DNA of 64,000 nucleotides, taken from Vicinamibacterales bacterium. GTDB lineage: Bacteria > Acidobacteriota > Vicinamibacteria > Vicinamibacterales > UBA8438. Shown piece after piece: positions 47,641 through 57,915 of the stretch (the stretch's first letter is position 1; every line of letters begins with the position of its first letter). Made by a program: the position numbers and the translations under genes. The notes under the pieces are model-generated. The model had not been told where the DNA came from. It did not search any database and worked only from the letters and a program-made list of their open reading frames with translations. The DNA lies in contig OZ253581.1 in NCBI GenBank assembly GCA_965263055.1, positions 4,200,408 to 4,264,407 on the forward strand, in the 5' to 3' direction.

Positions 47641-50349
47641 TCAGCCGCGCCGGGCATAGTCGTCGGCCCCGAGGAGCCGCTGCAGGTCGGCTACCAACGC
47701 ATGGGCTTCCCGAGGCGTCGTCCGGTCCAGATCCACGGCACGAATCCGTTCCGCCACTTCTCCTTCGGCGGGGGGTGGAGCCGGCCGTTCGAACAGAGCC
47801 AGCTGGGGGTGACTGTGGTCGCTGGTGATCGACGCGCCGCTGAACGACGGCCGTCCGCCGCGCGACAGCTCGTCCCGCTCGAGGCCCGCCAGAATGGTTC
47901 GGGCACGGGCCACCGTCTGGGGAGGGAGTCCGGCCAGGCGGGCGACATGAATGCCGTAGCTTCGGTCGGACCGTCCCGCCTCCACCTTTCGGAGGAAGAC
48001 GATGCCGTCCTTCCATTCGCGCGCCGCGACGTGGTAGTTGACGACTCCGGCGTGCGTGTCGGCGAGATCGGTCAGTTCGTGGTAGTGGGTGGCGAACAGC
48101 GTGCGCGGCCGGGCGCGCGGGCTGCTCGCCAGATGTTCCGCCACTGCCCAGGCAATGCTCAGGCCGTCGAATGTGGCCGTACCCCGGCCAATCTCGTCGA
48201 GAAGTACCAGGCTCCGGGAGGTTGCCTGGTGGAGGATCTTTGCTGTCTCCTGCATCTCGAGCATGAAGGTGGACTGGCCGCGTGCGATGTTGTCGGAGGC
48301 GCCGATCCGCGCAAAGATCCGGTCCGTCACCGGCAGCGACGCCGCATCAGCCGGGACGAATGAACCCGCTTGCGCCATCAGCACCACGAGGGCTGCCTGC
48401 CGCAAGTAGGTTGACTTGCCGCCCATGTTGGGTCCTGTCAGTACCACCACCTGGTGATCGGAATCGTTCAGGCGGAGATCGTTGGGCACGAAGCCATCGA
48501 CGGTCCGCTCCACCACCGGGTGGCGCCCGTCGGTGATGGCCAGTTCGCCGTCGTCGGTGATCGCCGGCTTGACGTAGTCGCGCCGGGTGCCGATCTCGGC
48601 GAACGACGCGAGGACGTCCAGTCCCGCGAGCGCGCGCGCGGTTCGCTGTACTCGTTCCGCTTCGGCCAGAACGGCGAGGCGAAGCGCTTCGACCAGTGCC
48701 TGCTCACGCTCCAGGATCCGTTCATCGGCGGTGAGCACTTTGTGCTCGTACTCCTTCAGGGCCGGTGTGCTGAACCGCTCGCCGGTCGCCACTGTCTGCT
48801 TTCGGATGTAGTCGTCAGGCACCGCGCCCAGGTTCGACTTGGACACTTCGATGTAGTAGCCGAAGACCCGATTGAACCGGACTTTCAGATTCCCGATACC
48901 GGTCCGTTGCCGCTCGGAAGTCTCCATTGCGGCGATGGCGTGCTTCGCGTCGCCACTGATGTTGCGCAGCGCATCCAACTCGGGATCCACGCCGTTGCGG
49001 ATCGCGCCGCCGTCACGCGCGAGTGCCGGCGGATTGTCGGCCAGGGTCGAAAGGATGCGGTCACGCACGTCCGCCAGTTCGTCCAGTTCGCCGGCGAGGG
49101 TCACTGCAAGCGGTGCACGCAACACCGCCACAAGCGGCAGGAGGTCCGGAACGGCAGCGACCGAACGACCCAGAGCCAGCAGCTCCCGCGGACCCGCGCT
49201 GCCGAGCGCGACGCGGGAGATGAGCCGCTCGAGATCCTGCACGCTCTTCAATGCCGTCCGGAAACGTGACCGGAGCGTTGTACCGGCGGCGAATTCCTCC
49301 ACAGCGTCGAGCCGATCGCGAATCGGATCGCGTCTGGCGAGTGGCCGCCGCAGCCACGCCCGGAGGAGACGTCCTCCCATTGCCGTGACGGTCAGATCCA
49401 GTTGGGCGGCCAACGATCCCGCACGCCCGTCGTCGGCGCTCTGGAGGATCTCAAGGTGTTCGAACGTCGCCGCATCCAACAACAGGCAGTCTGCTTCGGG
49501 ACGGAATTCCAGCGTCGCGAAGTGCGCAAGCTCCGCTTTCTGCGTCTCGCGCATGTAGTGGACAAGCGCGCCCGCCGCGCGGATCGCGGCCGCGTGCCGA
49601 TCCGGGGCAAGGCCGAAGCCGTCGAGCGACACGGTGCCCAGTTGCTCGGTCAGGGCACGAGTCGCGTGCGCCAGGTCGAACGTCCAGGGCGCGACGCCCG
49701 TGACGTGGACGCCGGCGTCCAGCCCGGGCATGCTGGGTGTCGAGCCATTCTCGGAAGGCAGCAGCAACTCGCGCGGACGGAGTGATGCGAGTTCGTCTGC
49801 AACAGACCCCGCGGCGGAGGCGCCTTCATGTTGCGAGACGCAGAACTCGCCAGTCGACAGATCAGCCGTCGCCAAGCCGTAGACCGGTGTGGCCTTCGGG
49901 TCGCTTCCCGAATCCACCGACGCGATTGCCACCAGGAATGCCGGCTCGCGTGATTCCAGGTACCCGGCGTCCGTCAACGTGCCGGGCGACACGACTCTCA
50001 CCACCTCCCGGCGGACCAGACCCTTCGCCTTCCTGGGATCTTCCATCTGCTCGCAGAGCGCGACGCGGTAGCCCTTCCTGACGAGTCGGATCAGATAGCT
50101 GTTGATTGCGTGGTGTGGCACACCGCACATCGGAATCTCGCCCCCCGCGGCATTCTTCGAGCGCGACGTCAACGTCAGTTCGAGTTCGCGCGCCGCTGTC
50201 ACGGCGTCGTCGAAGAAGAGCTCGTAGAAGTCGCCCATCCGGAAAAGGATCAGGGCGTCCGGATGCTGGGCCTTTGCGTCGAGGTACTGACGCATCGCGG
50301 GAGTGGCATTTCGGCGGGCCTCCGTCAGCGTCTTGGGTGAGGAGGTCAT
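47641..50349 (-). CDS. mutS: DNA mismatch repair protein MutS
   Basis: TPAMRQYLDAKAQHPDALILFRMGDFYELF N-terminus, GPNMGGKSTYLRQ Walker A, full length 902 aa. Confidence 0.96.
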   Translation of the reverse strand: MTSSPKTLTEARRNATPAMRQYLDAKAQHPDALILFRMGDFYELFFDDAVTAARELELTLTSRSKNAAGGEIPMCGVPHHAINSYLIRLVRKGYRVALCEQMEDPRKAKGLVRREVVRVVSPGTLTDAGYLESREPAFLVAIASVDSGSDPKATPVYGLATADLSTGEFCVSQHEGASAAGSVADELASLRPRELLLPSENGSTPSMPGLDAGVHVTGVAPWTFDLAHATRALTEQLGTVSLDGFGLAPDRHAAAIRAAGALVHYMRETQKAELAHFATLEFRPEADCLLLDAATFEHLEILQSADDGRAGSLAAQLDLTVTAMGGRLLRAWLRRPLARRDPIRDRLDAVEEFAAGTTLRSRFRTALKSVQDLERLISRVALGSAGPRELLALGRSVAAVPDLLPLVAVLRAPLAVTLAGELDELADVRDRILSTLADNPPALARDGGAIRNGVDPELDALRNISGDAKHAIAAMETSERQRTGIGNLKVRFNRVFGYYIEVSKSNLGAVPDDYIRKQTVATGERFSTPALKEYEHKVLTADERILEREQALVEALRLAVLAEAERVQRTARALAGLDVLASFAEIGTRRDYVKPAITDDGELAITDGRHPVVERTVDGFVPNDLRLNDSDHQVVVLTGPNMGGKSTYLRQAALVVLMAQAGSFVPADAASLPVTDRIFARIGASDNIARGQSTFMLEMQETAKILHQATSRSLVLLDEIGRGTATFDGLSIAWAVAEHLASSPRARPRTLFATHYHELTDLADTHAGVVNYHVAAREWKDGIVFLRKVEAGRSDRSYGIHVARLAGLPPQTVARARTILAGLERDELSRGGRPSFSGASITSDHSHPQLALFERPAPPPAEGEVAERIRAVDLDRTTPREAHALVADLQRLLGADDYARRG

Positions 50350-50387
50350 CTTGCCGATGGTAGCATCGCCACCGTTGGGGGCCGATT

Positions 50388-51110
50388 ATGTGGATCCTGG
50401 CGCTGGACACGAGCACGAGAGGCGGCAGCGCGGCAATTGCCCATGACGGCAGCGTGGTTGCCTCCATCGAGGGCGATCCGACGCGGACGCATGGCGAGCG
50501 GCTACCCACCGACCTGATTGGGCTGGCCGGCGCCGCGGGCGTTGCGTTGTCCGACATTGACTACTATGCCGTCGCGGTCGGTCCTGGGTCGTTCACCGGC
50601 CTGCGTGTCGGCATCGCGACGGTGCAGGCGCTTGCACTGGTGAGACAGCGTCCGGTCGTGCCGCTGTCGACGCTCGCCATCGTGGCGCGGATTGCGGCCG
50701 ATACCGACTCGCAAGGAGATACCGCCAGCCGGCGTATCATTGCCTGGTTGGATGGTCAGCGCCGGGAGATCTTCGGCGGCCTCTACGGGGCCGACGGACG
50801 GACCCCCCTCGACGAGCCATGTGTCGGTCCGGCCGCTTCACTCCTCGACAACTGGGCGCCGCTCCTGGCAAATCACCCGGTCACCGTGATGGGCGACGGT
50901 ATCGCGGCAACCCGCGATCTGCTCGACGCGCGGTTTGGGGCACGGGCAACGCTGGAGGAGGCGCCGCTGCTGCTCGCTCCCGCGATGATCCGCCTTGCCG
51001 TTGAAGGGGCTGACCAGGCGGTTGAGCCGCACGCCATCCAGCCACTGTACGTCCGACGTCCGGACGCCGTCCGTGACAGAGAACGACGACACCGGTCCGC
51101 TGCTCCATGA
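50388..51110 (+). CDS. tsaB: tRNA t6A37 biosynthesis protein TsaB
   Basis: MWILALDTSTRGGSAAI and GPGSFTGLRVGIATVQALA motifs. Confidence 0.85.
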   Translation: MWILALDTSTRGGSAAIAHDGSVVASIEGDPTRTHGERLPTDLIGLAGAAGVALSDIDYYAVAVGPGSFTGLRVGIATVQALALVRQRPVVPLSTLAIVARIAADTDSQGDTASRRIIAWLDGQRREIFGGLYGADGRTPLDEPCVGPAASLLDNWAPLLANHPVTVMGDGIAATRDLLDARFGARATLEEAPLLLAPAMIRLAVEGADQAVEPHAIQPLYVRRPDAVRDRERRHRSAAP

Positions 51111-52198
51111 CGAAGTCACAGAAGTCACGGTTTCTTGAGACGCCGGTCGAACCGTTCCGGGTGGAGGCGGGTGTGCCGGTGGAGGAAGTGCTGCGTCGGA
51201 TGGAGCGGATCTCGTTCCAGGGACGGAATCTCGCCGCCGCACACCGCGTCTGGCAGCGGATGCTCGGCGACGATCTCTTGATCTTCCTGGGAGTTGCCGG
51301 CGCATTGAGTGCGGGCGGCCTGCGCCTGATCGTTGCCGAGTTGATCCGTCGGCGTGCGGTGGACTGCGTCGTATCGACCGGCGCGAACCTCTACCACGAT
51401 CTGCACGAGACGCGCGGCCAGCGCCACTTCCTCGGCTCGCCCCGTGCCGACGATCGGGCCTTGGCCGAAGCGCACATCGACCGGGTGTACGACACGTTCG
51501 TCGACGAGGATGAGTTCGTCAGGAACGACATCTGGATTGCCCGGTTCGCCGGGACTCTCGAGCCGAGGCCGTACACGACACGGGAGTTTCTGTACCGTCT
51601 CGGCGAACGACTCTGGACAGAGACCGAAGCGGACGGCATCCTGACCGCGGCCTATCGGGCGAACGTACCTGTTTTCTGTCCCGCGATCGCGGACTCCTCG
51701 CTCGGGATGGGATTGTCGCAGGCGCGCCACGACGCCGACAGCGCGGGTCAAGTCGACGTGATCGGTGACATCATCGAGTCGGCCAATCTGGTGATCCGCA
51801 GACCGAGGACGGCGTCGGTGGTTCTGGGGGGTGGCACGCCGAAGAATTTCATCAACCAGGCGAGTGTGCAGGCGGCGTTCTACTGCGATGGCATCCCGGG
51901 GCACCGCTACGCGCTGCAGGTGGTGACCGATGTGCCGCACTTCGGGGGCGCAAGCGGATCGACGCTCGACGAAGCGGAGAGCTGGGGAAAGCTGGCCGGA
52001 GACGCGGAGCGCGTGACGGTGTCGGCCGATGCGACAATCGCCCTCCCGCTTCTCGCAACGGCGCTGGCGGCGTCGGCGGCTCGCCGTCTCACGGAGCGCC
52101 GGCCACCGGCGTTCGAGCTTGAGGATCGCACACTCGTCGTGGACGGCCGGCCGGTGCCGGTCGACCGCTTCGACGGTGATGCGGCCACGGAAGGCTGA
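51107..52198 (+). CDS. deoxyhypusine synthase family protein (bacterial DHS-like / homospermidine-synthase-like)
   Basis: VSTGANLYHDLHE, GGGTPKNF and EAESWGKL (conserved Lys) motifs. ATGA overlap with tsaB. Confidence 0.8.
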   Translation: MTKSQKSRFLETPVEPFRVEAGVPVEEVLRRMERISFQGRNLAAAHRVWQRMLGDDLLIFLGVAGALSAGGLRLIVAELIRRRAVDCVVSTGANLYHDLHETRGQRHFLGSPRADDRALAEAHIDRVYDTFVDEDEFVRNDIWIARFAGTLEPRPYTTREFLYRLGERLWTETEADGILTAAYRANVPVFCPAIADSSLGMGLSQARHDADSAGQVDVIGDIIESANLVIRRPRTASVVLGGGTPKNFINQASVQAAFYCDGIPGHRYALQVVTDVPHFGGASGSTLDEAESWGKLAGDAERVTVSADATIALPLLATALAASAARRLTERRPPAFELEDRTLVVDGRPVPVDRFDGDAATEG

Positions 52199-52210
52199 GA
52201 ACCGCGTCGG

Positions 52211-53296
52211 TCATGGACCTGCCCGGCCGGTGGGTTGCTGTTGCGTGACGCAGTGGATGGCGCCCAGCCCGACGACCAGGTCAACGGCGTGAACGCCTAC
52301 CACTTCCCTCTTGGGGAAAAAGTGGGCGAGCGTATCGAGTGCATCACGATCCGACGAGTCGTTGAACGTCGGTACCAGAACCACATCGTTGGCGATGTAG
52401 AAGTTGAGGTAGCTTGCTGGCAGCGGCTCCCCCTCGAAGACGATTGGCCGCGGCATCCGGATCGGGATCACGTCGATCGCTCTTCCTCGCGCCGTGCGCA
52501 TCGACCGAAGCCGCGCCAGGTTCGCCGCGAGCACCGGGTAACGCGGATCATCCCGATAACGCGTTTCGGCTGCCAATACGGTTGTCGGTCCGACAAAGCG
52601 CGCCAGGTTATCGACGTGCCCATGCGTGTCGTCGCCAGCCAGCGCCGCTTCCCCGACGCCTCCAGGGAGCCATAGCACTTGCTCGACACCAAGTGTCCGG
52701 GCAAGCACCCGCTCCAGCGTTGCGCGCGACAGCCCAGGATTGCGCGCCTGCACATGGCCAAGCAGACAGGTCTCGGTCGTCAGCAGCGACCCTTCGCCGT
52801 TGACGTCGATGCTCCCCCCCTCAAGCACGACACGGGACGCTCCCTCGCGGACGTCGATCCGTTCCATTCCGAGATGCTGTGCGATACGCCGCGGCAGCGT
52901 GTCGTCGAGCGCGTGCGCACGGTACCGCGACCACCCCGTGAACCGCCAGTCGGTTACCAGAACGGTCTTCCGCGATTCCGCGCCGCGCACGACGAAGACT
53001 GGCCCGCTGTCGCGAATCCACGAACGGTTGGTCGGGATCAGGTGGAAGTCGACCCGCTCCACCTCGACGCCACATCGCTCGAGGCGATTCCACGCGCGCT
53101 GACGGACGCGAGGATCCTGGCAGACCAGCGCTACGCGCTCGCCCCGAACCAGGTAGCGAATCATCTCGACGTAGCACCACTCGACCGCGGCGGTCTTAAC
53201 CCGCCAGTCGTCGCGGTTGTGGGGCCAGACGAGCCAGGTGGCCGCGTGTGGTTCCCACTCCGCCGGCATCCTGACGTCAACGAGCCGTGCGCTCAT
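52211..53296 (-). CDS. aguA: agmatine deiminase
   Basis: MPAEWEPHAATWLVWPH N-terminus and C-terminal GAIHCVTQQQP catalytic Cys motif. Confidence 0.88.
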   Translation of the reverse strand: MSARLVDVRMPAEWEPHAATWLVWPHNRDDWRVKTAAVEWCYVEMIRYLVRGERVALVCQDPRVRQRAWNRLERCGVEVERVDFHLIPTNRSWIRDSGPVFVVRGAESRKTVLVTDWRFTGWSRYRAHALDDTLPRRIAQHLGMERIDVREGASRVVLEGGSIDVNGEGSLLTTETCLLGHVQARNPGLSRATLERVLARTLGVEQVLWLPGGVGEAALAGDDTHGHVDNLARFVGPTTVLAAETRYRDDPRYPVLAANLARLRSMRTARGRAIDVIPIRMPRPIVFEGEPLPASYLNFYIANDVVLVPTFNDSSDRDALDTLAHFFPKREVVGVHAVDLVVGLGAIHCVTQQQPTGRAGP

Positions 53297-54198
53297 CCGT
53301 TGCCGTCAAGAAACCGTCGGCTCAACGGCGCGTAGGTATCGATCCGCCGGTCGCGCAGGAACGGCCAGGCGCGGCGCTGTTGTTCTACCAAGCTCCGCTC
53401 GCATCGCGCGACGACAACCGTGGCTTCCTCCGCAGCCTCCGCCACGACCCGCCCCGCCGGATCGCAGATGAAGGAGCCGCCCCAGAACCGCAGGCCACCC
53501 GTCGCGGAGGGCTCGATGCCGACCCGATTCACCGAAGCTACCCAGACACCGTTCGTCACGGCGTGCGCCCTTTGCACCGTGCGCCAGGCGTCGCGTTCCG
53601 ACTCGCCGTCCGGTCCAGGTCCGGCGGCGGGCCATCCGATGGCCGTCGGGTAACAAATCAACTCCGCTCCGCCCAGTGCCATCAGACGCGCCGCTTCTGG
53701 GTACCACTGATCCCAGCAGATCAGCACACCGAGGCGTACATAGCGCGTCTCGAACACCGGGTAACCCAGATCGCCCGGCGTGAAATAGAACTTCTCGTAG
53801 AACTGGGGGTCGTCCGGGATGTGCATCTTCCGATACCTCCCGAGCAGTTCGCCCGATGCATCGATGACCGCCGCCGTGTTGTGGTACAGCCCGGCGGTCC
53901 GCCGTTCGAAGACCGGGACGACCAGCACTACCTCGAGTTCGCGCGCGACAGCGGCGAACCGTTCGGCAGTCGGACCCGGCCAACGCTCGGCCAGATCGAA
54001 GCATGCGGCATCTTCCAGCTGGCAGAAGTAGGGGGACGCGAAGAGTTCCTGCAGGCAGACGATCCGGGCCCCCTGCCCGGCCGCTTCGCGGATGCCCGCC
54101 TCGGCCGCATCATGCGCGCCGGCTATGGATCCGGGCCACCTCATCTGCACCAGGCCGACGGTGAAACTGCCCGGATGCGTCGCTGGGGCGGCGGGCAA
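53293..54198 (-). CDS. aguB: N-carbamoylputrescine amidase (nitrilase superfamily)
   Basis: CN-hydrolase pattern (VGLVQM, E...K...C with VLICWDQWYPE). The track start 54285 overlaps the upstream TPR gene by 77 nt; the TTG at 54198 is preferred. ATGA overlap with aguA. Confidence 0.83.
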   Translation of the reverse strand: MPAAPATHPGSFTVGLVQMRWPGSIAGAHDAAEAGIREAAGQGARIVCLQELFASPYFCQLEDAACFDLAERWPGPTAERFAAVARELEVVLVVPVFERRTAGLYHNTAAVIDASGELLGRYRKMHIPDDPQFYEKFYFTPGDLGYPVFETRYVRLGVLICWDQWYPEAARLMALGGAELICYPTAIGWPAAGPGPDGESERDAWRTVQRAHAVTNGVWVASVNRVGIEPSATGGLRFWGGSFICDPAGRVVAEAAEEATVVVARCERSLVEQQRRAWPFLRDRRIDTYAPLSRRFLDGNG

Positions 54199-54208
54199 AG
54201 CGAGGGCG

Positions 54209-54976
54209 TTATCCGTCGCCCTGCAGCGGAAGGGTATCGAGTTCGCGCTGAGCCTCGAAGCGGTACCCCGAGGCGGGAAACTCATCGATCAACTGCCGAA
54301 AGGTGGACGTCGCCTCGGCCGACTGTCCCGCCAACGCGTACGCCTGACCGAGACGCATCAGCAGAGCATCGCGCGGCAGTCCCGCGCTGTCGGTCGCCGA
54401 CGCGGCAGACGCCTCGGCCAGCAGCGTGATGGCGCCGTCATAGTCGCCTGCCGCCAGTAGCGCCTCGGCGCGGCCGAGACGGGCCATTCGGGCGTACACT
54501 CCCTCTCCGGCCAGCTCCATGACCCGCTGGTACTGCGTATCCGCTTCGCCGGTCCGGTCGAGGACGCCGAGCGCCACCGCAGCCTGGTATCTGGCGACGA
54601 TGCCCTGCGACAGGCTCGGGTAAGCGTCCGCCGCCTCGAGCAGTCGCGGAACGGCGGTCTCGAGCTTGGCGGCGACGGACGGGAATTCGGTTGGCATACC
54701 GGCGTCGGCCATCGACGCCACCCCGCCCGTATCGTCGGCAGTCTCCGTTGCGACGACTGGCGTATCGACAATCGCCATCGCCGCGGCGAGGAGCGCACTC
54801 GCTCTTGACGAACGGTACTGCTGCCAGCCGAAGACGGCGCCGGCGACAACGAGCGCGCCAACCACGACCGCGCCCCCGGCGACCGCGCGCGTGTTCACCC
54901 AGTCGGTCTCGGACAACTCCGCGAGAAAGCTCGCGAGTGGGTTTTGCTTCAGATGATGCCGTTCTGATCGCTTCAT
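54209..54976 (-). CDS. membrane-anchored TPR protein, YfgM-like
   Basis: MKRSERHHLKQNPLASFL..., a single TM helix (GGAVVVGALVVAGAVFGW), and a TPR-like C-terminal region. Confidence 0.6.
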   Translation of the reverse strand: MKRSERHHLKQNPLASFLAELSETDWVNTRAVAGGAVVVGALVVAGAVFGWQQYRSSRASALLAAAMAIVDTPVVATETADDTGGVASMADAGMPTEFPSVAAKLETAVPRLLEAADAYPSLSQGIVARYQAAVALGVLDRTGEADTQYQRVMELAGEGVYARMARLGRAEALLAAGDYDGAITLLAEASAASATDSAGLPRDALLMRLGQAYALAGQSAEATSTFRQLIDEFPASGYRFEAQRELDTLPLQGDG

Positions 54977-55050
54977 GATGCGAGTTGCGGCGTGCGTCCA
55001 TGCGGGCGCGCGACCGTCTCTCCGACCCGCTAGCTTAACAGATTAACGCG

Positions 55051-56025
55051 CTACGGCGGTGTCGTATCGATGTCGGGATAGAGCCGTGAGTGAACCAGAC
55101 CGGGGTGTCGGTCGCCGTACCGTTCCGGGATGTTCTGCGTCCAGTTGCTCGGGATGGTCAGGCAGAATGACAGTAGCAGCGAGAACGCCAGACGCTGTCC
55201 TATCGTGGGAGCCGCACCGCGTGGACTCGAGGCGTCGGACGGGGCTGAAAGGCGGGGCAGGCGACCCGTCCGGCGAAGGCGCGATCGGTACAACAGCATC
55301 AGTCCGACCAGCGCCATCACGATGTTGAGGGTCTGGCCGGTGCCCAGCGCCAGGCGGTGCGTCGGATAGTCGCGGAACAGGTCAATCACGATCCTGGGTG
55401 CGGCGTACCAGAAAACGAAGCGGGAAGCGACGGCCCCGGGCGTTCGGCTGGTTCGCCGGACGTACAGCAGATAAGCCATCAGCAGCATGTTCTTCGCGCC
55501 GTCGTACAGCACCACCGGGTGCCGGTATCCGTCGGCGTCGGGGAACTGCACGCCCCACCAGACGTCGGTCAGGGAACCGACGATCTGGCCGTCGATGAAG
55601 TTGCCGATCCGCCCCATGCCCAGCAGGAACGCCGCCGGAATGACCAGCACGTCGGCAAGGTGATGGAACGGCAAATGCCGCCACCGCGCGAAACTCCAGG
55701 CAGCAAGGAAGCCGCCCGCCATCAGCCCATGCGTCGCCATGCCTCCCAGCCAGAACCACGGCAGAAGTTCCGGATGATCCCGGTAGAAGAACCACTCGTC
55801 GAACGCCACCTCTACGGCGCGGCCGCCCACCAGGACACCCATCGTCATCAGAAGGCTCAGGTTCCAGACCGACCGTCGCGAGAGATTCAGCCGGGTGCGG
55901 CTACGCATGACGAAGAAGTGCAACTCGACGAACCCGAGTGCAAAGCCGAGGCCGTACCACCACAGGTACACGCCGTCCACGGGGAACAGGATCGGGTCGA
56001 TCTGGTGAACGAAGCCCCCGGGCAT
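55051..56025 (-). CDS. lgt: prolipoprotein diacylglyceryl transferase
   Basis: Start set at ATG 56025. IDPILFPVDGVYLWWYGLGFALGF, GRIGNFIDGQ and HPVVLYD motifs. Confidence 0.9.
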   Translation of the reverse strand: MPGGFVHQIDPILFPVDGVYLWWYGLGFALGFVELHFFVMRSRTRLNLSRRSVWNLSLLMTMGVLVGGRAVEVAFDEWFFYRDHPELLPWFWLGGMATHGLMAGGFLAAWSFARWRHLPFHHLADVLVIPAAFLLGMGRIGNFIDGQIVGSLTDVWWGVQFPDADGYRHPVVLYDGAKNMLLMAYLLYVRRTSRTPGAVASRFVFWYAAPRIVIDLFRDYPTHRLALGTGQTLNIVMALVGLMLLYRSRLRRTGRLPRLSAPSDASSPRGAAPTIGQRLAFSLLLSFCLTIPSNWTQNIPERYGDRHPGLVHSRLYPDIDTTPP

Positions 56026-56271
56026 CACGCGATTCGCGCGCGGTGGTATGGTGCGCTCAAGTGAACGGGAGGCCAACCGCCGTGGTCATCCCGCTGCCGC
56101 GTACCGGTCCACCGCTCTCGCAGGCGGTGAGCAAGGCTACCAGAACCGCGCGGCCCGGGCTTGACACGAGCCCGGACATTGGGCCTACTTGTAAGCTCTC
56201 CTGTGGCAACCGTGGCAACCACGGGCCGGAGCAATCCGGATAGCATCGAGTCGGGCGGGTATTGACTTCCG

Positions 56272-57786
56272 ATGGCACGGTCAGAAAAGACCCGGGCCGC
56301 CACCCGGCGGCAGTTCATGGCGACGGCGGGTGCCGCGCTGGCGGCCACCGCTTCTCCGGGAGGCCCGGCGAGGGCTCAATCCCCGGTGCTGCTCCCCTCC
56401 TGGGTCGCGGACGTCGATGGCGACGGTGCGGTTGGTCCTCCCGACAAGGATCTCGCCGCAGCGGTACTCTTCGCGCGCCGCGGCCACAGGCTGCAACCCG
56501 CCTACGGCTTCGACCCGCGGGCTGATGTCTTCGGACGAGGCGTCATCGATGCCTCCTCGGTCGACGCAATCGACCACTCGGTGCAACGGTACGTCAGCGG
56601 CTTGCCGACGGATGCGCGGCCGATCACGGTAGCTTGGCACTACGGCTGGTACAAGTCGACAACGCGGGCGGTGGCGCTCCAGACAGCCCGCTTTCTTGGC
56701 GGGAACTACCTCTCCTCGGATCCGGTGGTCGAGACGACGTTCAACGAGCTGAAGAACGAGTTCGGAGTGAGCGTGGACGCGTTGAGCTGGATTCCGTCGC
56801 GCGATCCCGACAACCACTCGAACCAGGAGAATTACCGCCAGGGGTACTTGCGCGCGCGGAATGCCGAAACCCGCCACGCCTGCCTGATTTACGAGAACAC
56901 GATCGCCAACCTGCACAACTCTCGCGATCCGACCGAGCGTCTTGACTTCCGAACACCGGGCGTCGTCGAACTTTTGCGGGACGACTTCGAAGAGATGGCT
57001 CGCTTCCTGGTGCACGTGCGCGACAAGACTCCGGTCCGGATCTTCGCGCTCGACGGCCGGCCGGTCGTCTTCATCTTCGGCTCGCACACCTGGGGGACGA
57101 TTCCTGCCTACGAGAGCGCCTACCGAGCGATCAGGGAGGGGATCGAAATGCTGCGGAACCGGTTCCGCGACATTTTCGGCGCGTACCCGTACCTCGTCGG
57201 TGACGAAGTGCACCTGGCTTCGACGCGTGACTTCAGCGAGGACAGAAGGCTGCGCTCTACCAACTTCGATGCCATTTATGTGTATCACCATGCCGCGCTC
57301 AAGCCGACCCAGGTGCCGGTGGTGGTTCCGGTAACGCGTCGCTACATCGAGAATCTGCTCACGATCCTGCGGGTCAACTACGCGACGATGCGCTCCATCA
57401 GGAACGTGTTCACCGGGCGCCGCGTCATGGTGATTCCCAACCTTGCGCCCGGGTTCGCCAAACCGGGTTTTCCGACACTCCAGATCGGACGCGGGCCCTA
57501 CACCGACTTCCTCAAACTGCTGCGTGACGTCCATCTGCGCGAATACATCGAGAACGATTGGGGTGCATTCCTGGGCACGCCACAACTGCCTGCCCCCGTG
57601 TTCATAGTCGGATCATGGAACGAGGAGTACGAAGGGCACAGCATCTTTCCCTTCGACTTCAACCTGACCGTGCCGGTGTCCGTGCAGCACGGCTTCGACC
57701 TGTCGATGGCGATCAAGGAAGCGTTCGGCTGGAATCACTATGCCGACCGGGACATATCGACGCCGCGGGACGCACCGGATCAGTAA
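56272..57786 (+). CDS. Tat-signal exported protein with dockerin/EF-hand-like DxDGDG loop and GH99-like (SWNEEYEG) putative glycoside hydrolase domain
   Basis: RRQFMATAGAALAA twin-arginine signal, DVDGDGAVGPPD, WHYGWYK and GSWNEEYEGHSIFP motifs. That it is a gene is confident; the function is tentative. Confidence 0.45.
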   Translation: MARSEKTRAATRRQFMATAGAALAATASPGGPARAQSPVLLPSWVADVDGDGAVGPPDKDLAAAVLFARRGHRLQPAYGFDPRADVFGRGVIDASSVDAIDHSVQRYVSGLPTDARPITVAWHYGWYKSTTRAVALQTARFLGGNYLSSDPVVETTFNELKNEFGVSVDALSWIPSRDPDNHSNQENYRQGYLRARNAETRHACLIYENTIANLHNSRDPTERLDFRTPGVVELLRDDFEEMARFLVHVRDKTPVRIFALDGRPVVFIFGSHTWGTIPAYESAYRAIREGIEMLRNRFRDIFGAYPYLVGDEVHLASTRDFSEDRRLRSTNFDAIYVYHHAALKPTQVPVVVPVTRRYIENLLTILRVNYATMRSIRNVFTGRRVMVIPNLAPGFAKPGFPTLQIGRGPYTDFLKLLRDVHLREYIENDWGAFLGTPQLPAPVFIVGSWNEEYEGHSIFPFDFNLTVPVSVQHGFDLSMAIKEAFGWNHYADRDISTPRDAPDQ

Positions 57787-57915
57787 CCCCCGCGTCTGGA
57801 ATGGACCGTCTGGCAGTGGCGCGCGTGCCCGGATTCGGACGTGCTTCGTAAGCGTATTTAATTCAGCTACTTACGGTATGGCTGGCTCCCACTGTCCCAC
57901 GTCCATACCCACGCG

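Noticed and set aside
56203-56220. 9-bp tandem GTGGCAACC x2, considered as a sigma-54 (-24/-12) promoter
   Set aside because: The GG-to-GC spacing is two nt shorter than the TGGCAC-N5-TTGC consensus. It is probably a chance duplication in the lgt / GH99-like divergent region.
56281-57585. 434-aa minus-strand ORF opposite the Tat-exported protein gene
   Set aside because: The plus-strand product has a Tat signal and coherent motifs. The minus-strand product is Arg-rich low-complexity sequence, so it is a shadow ORF.
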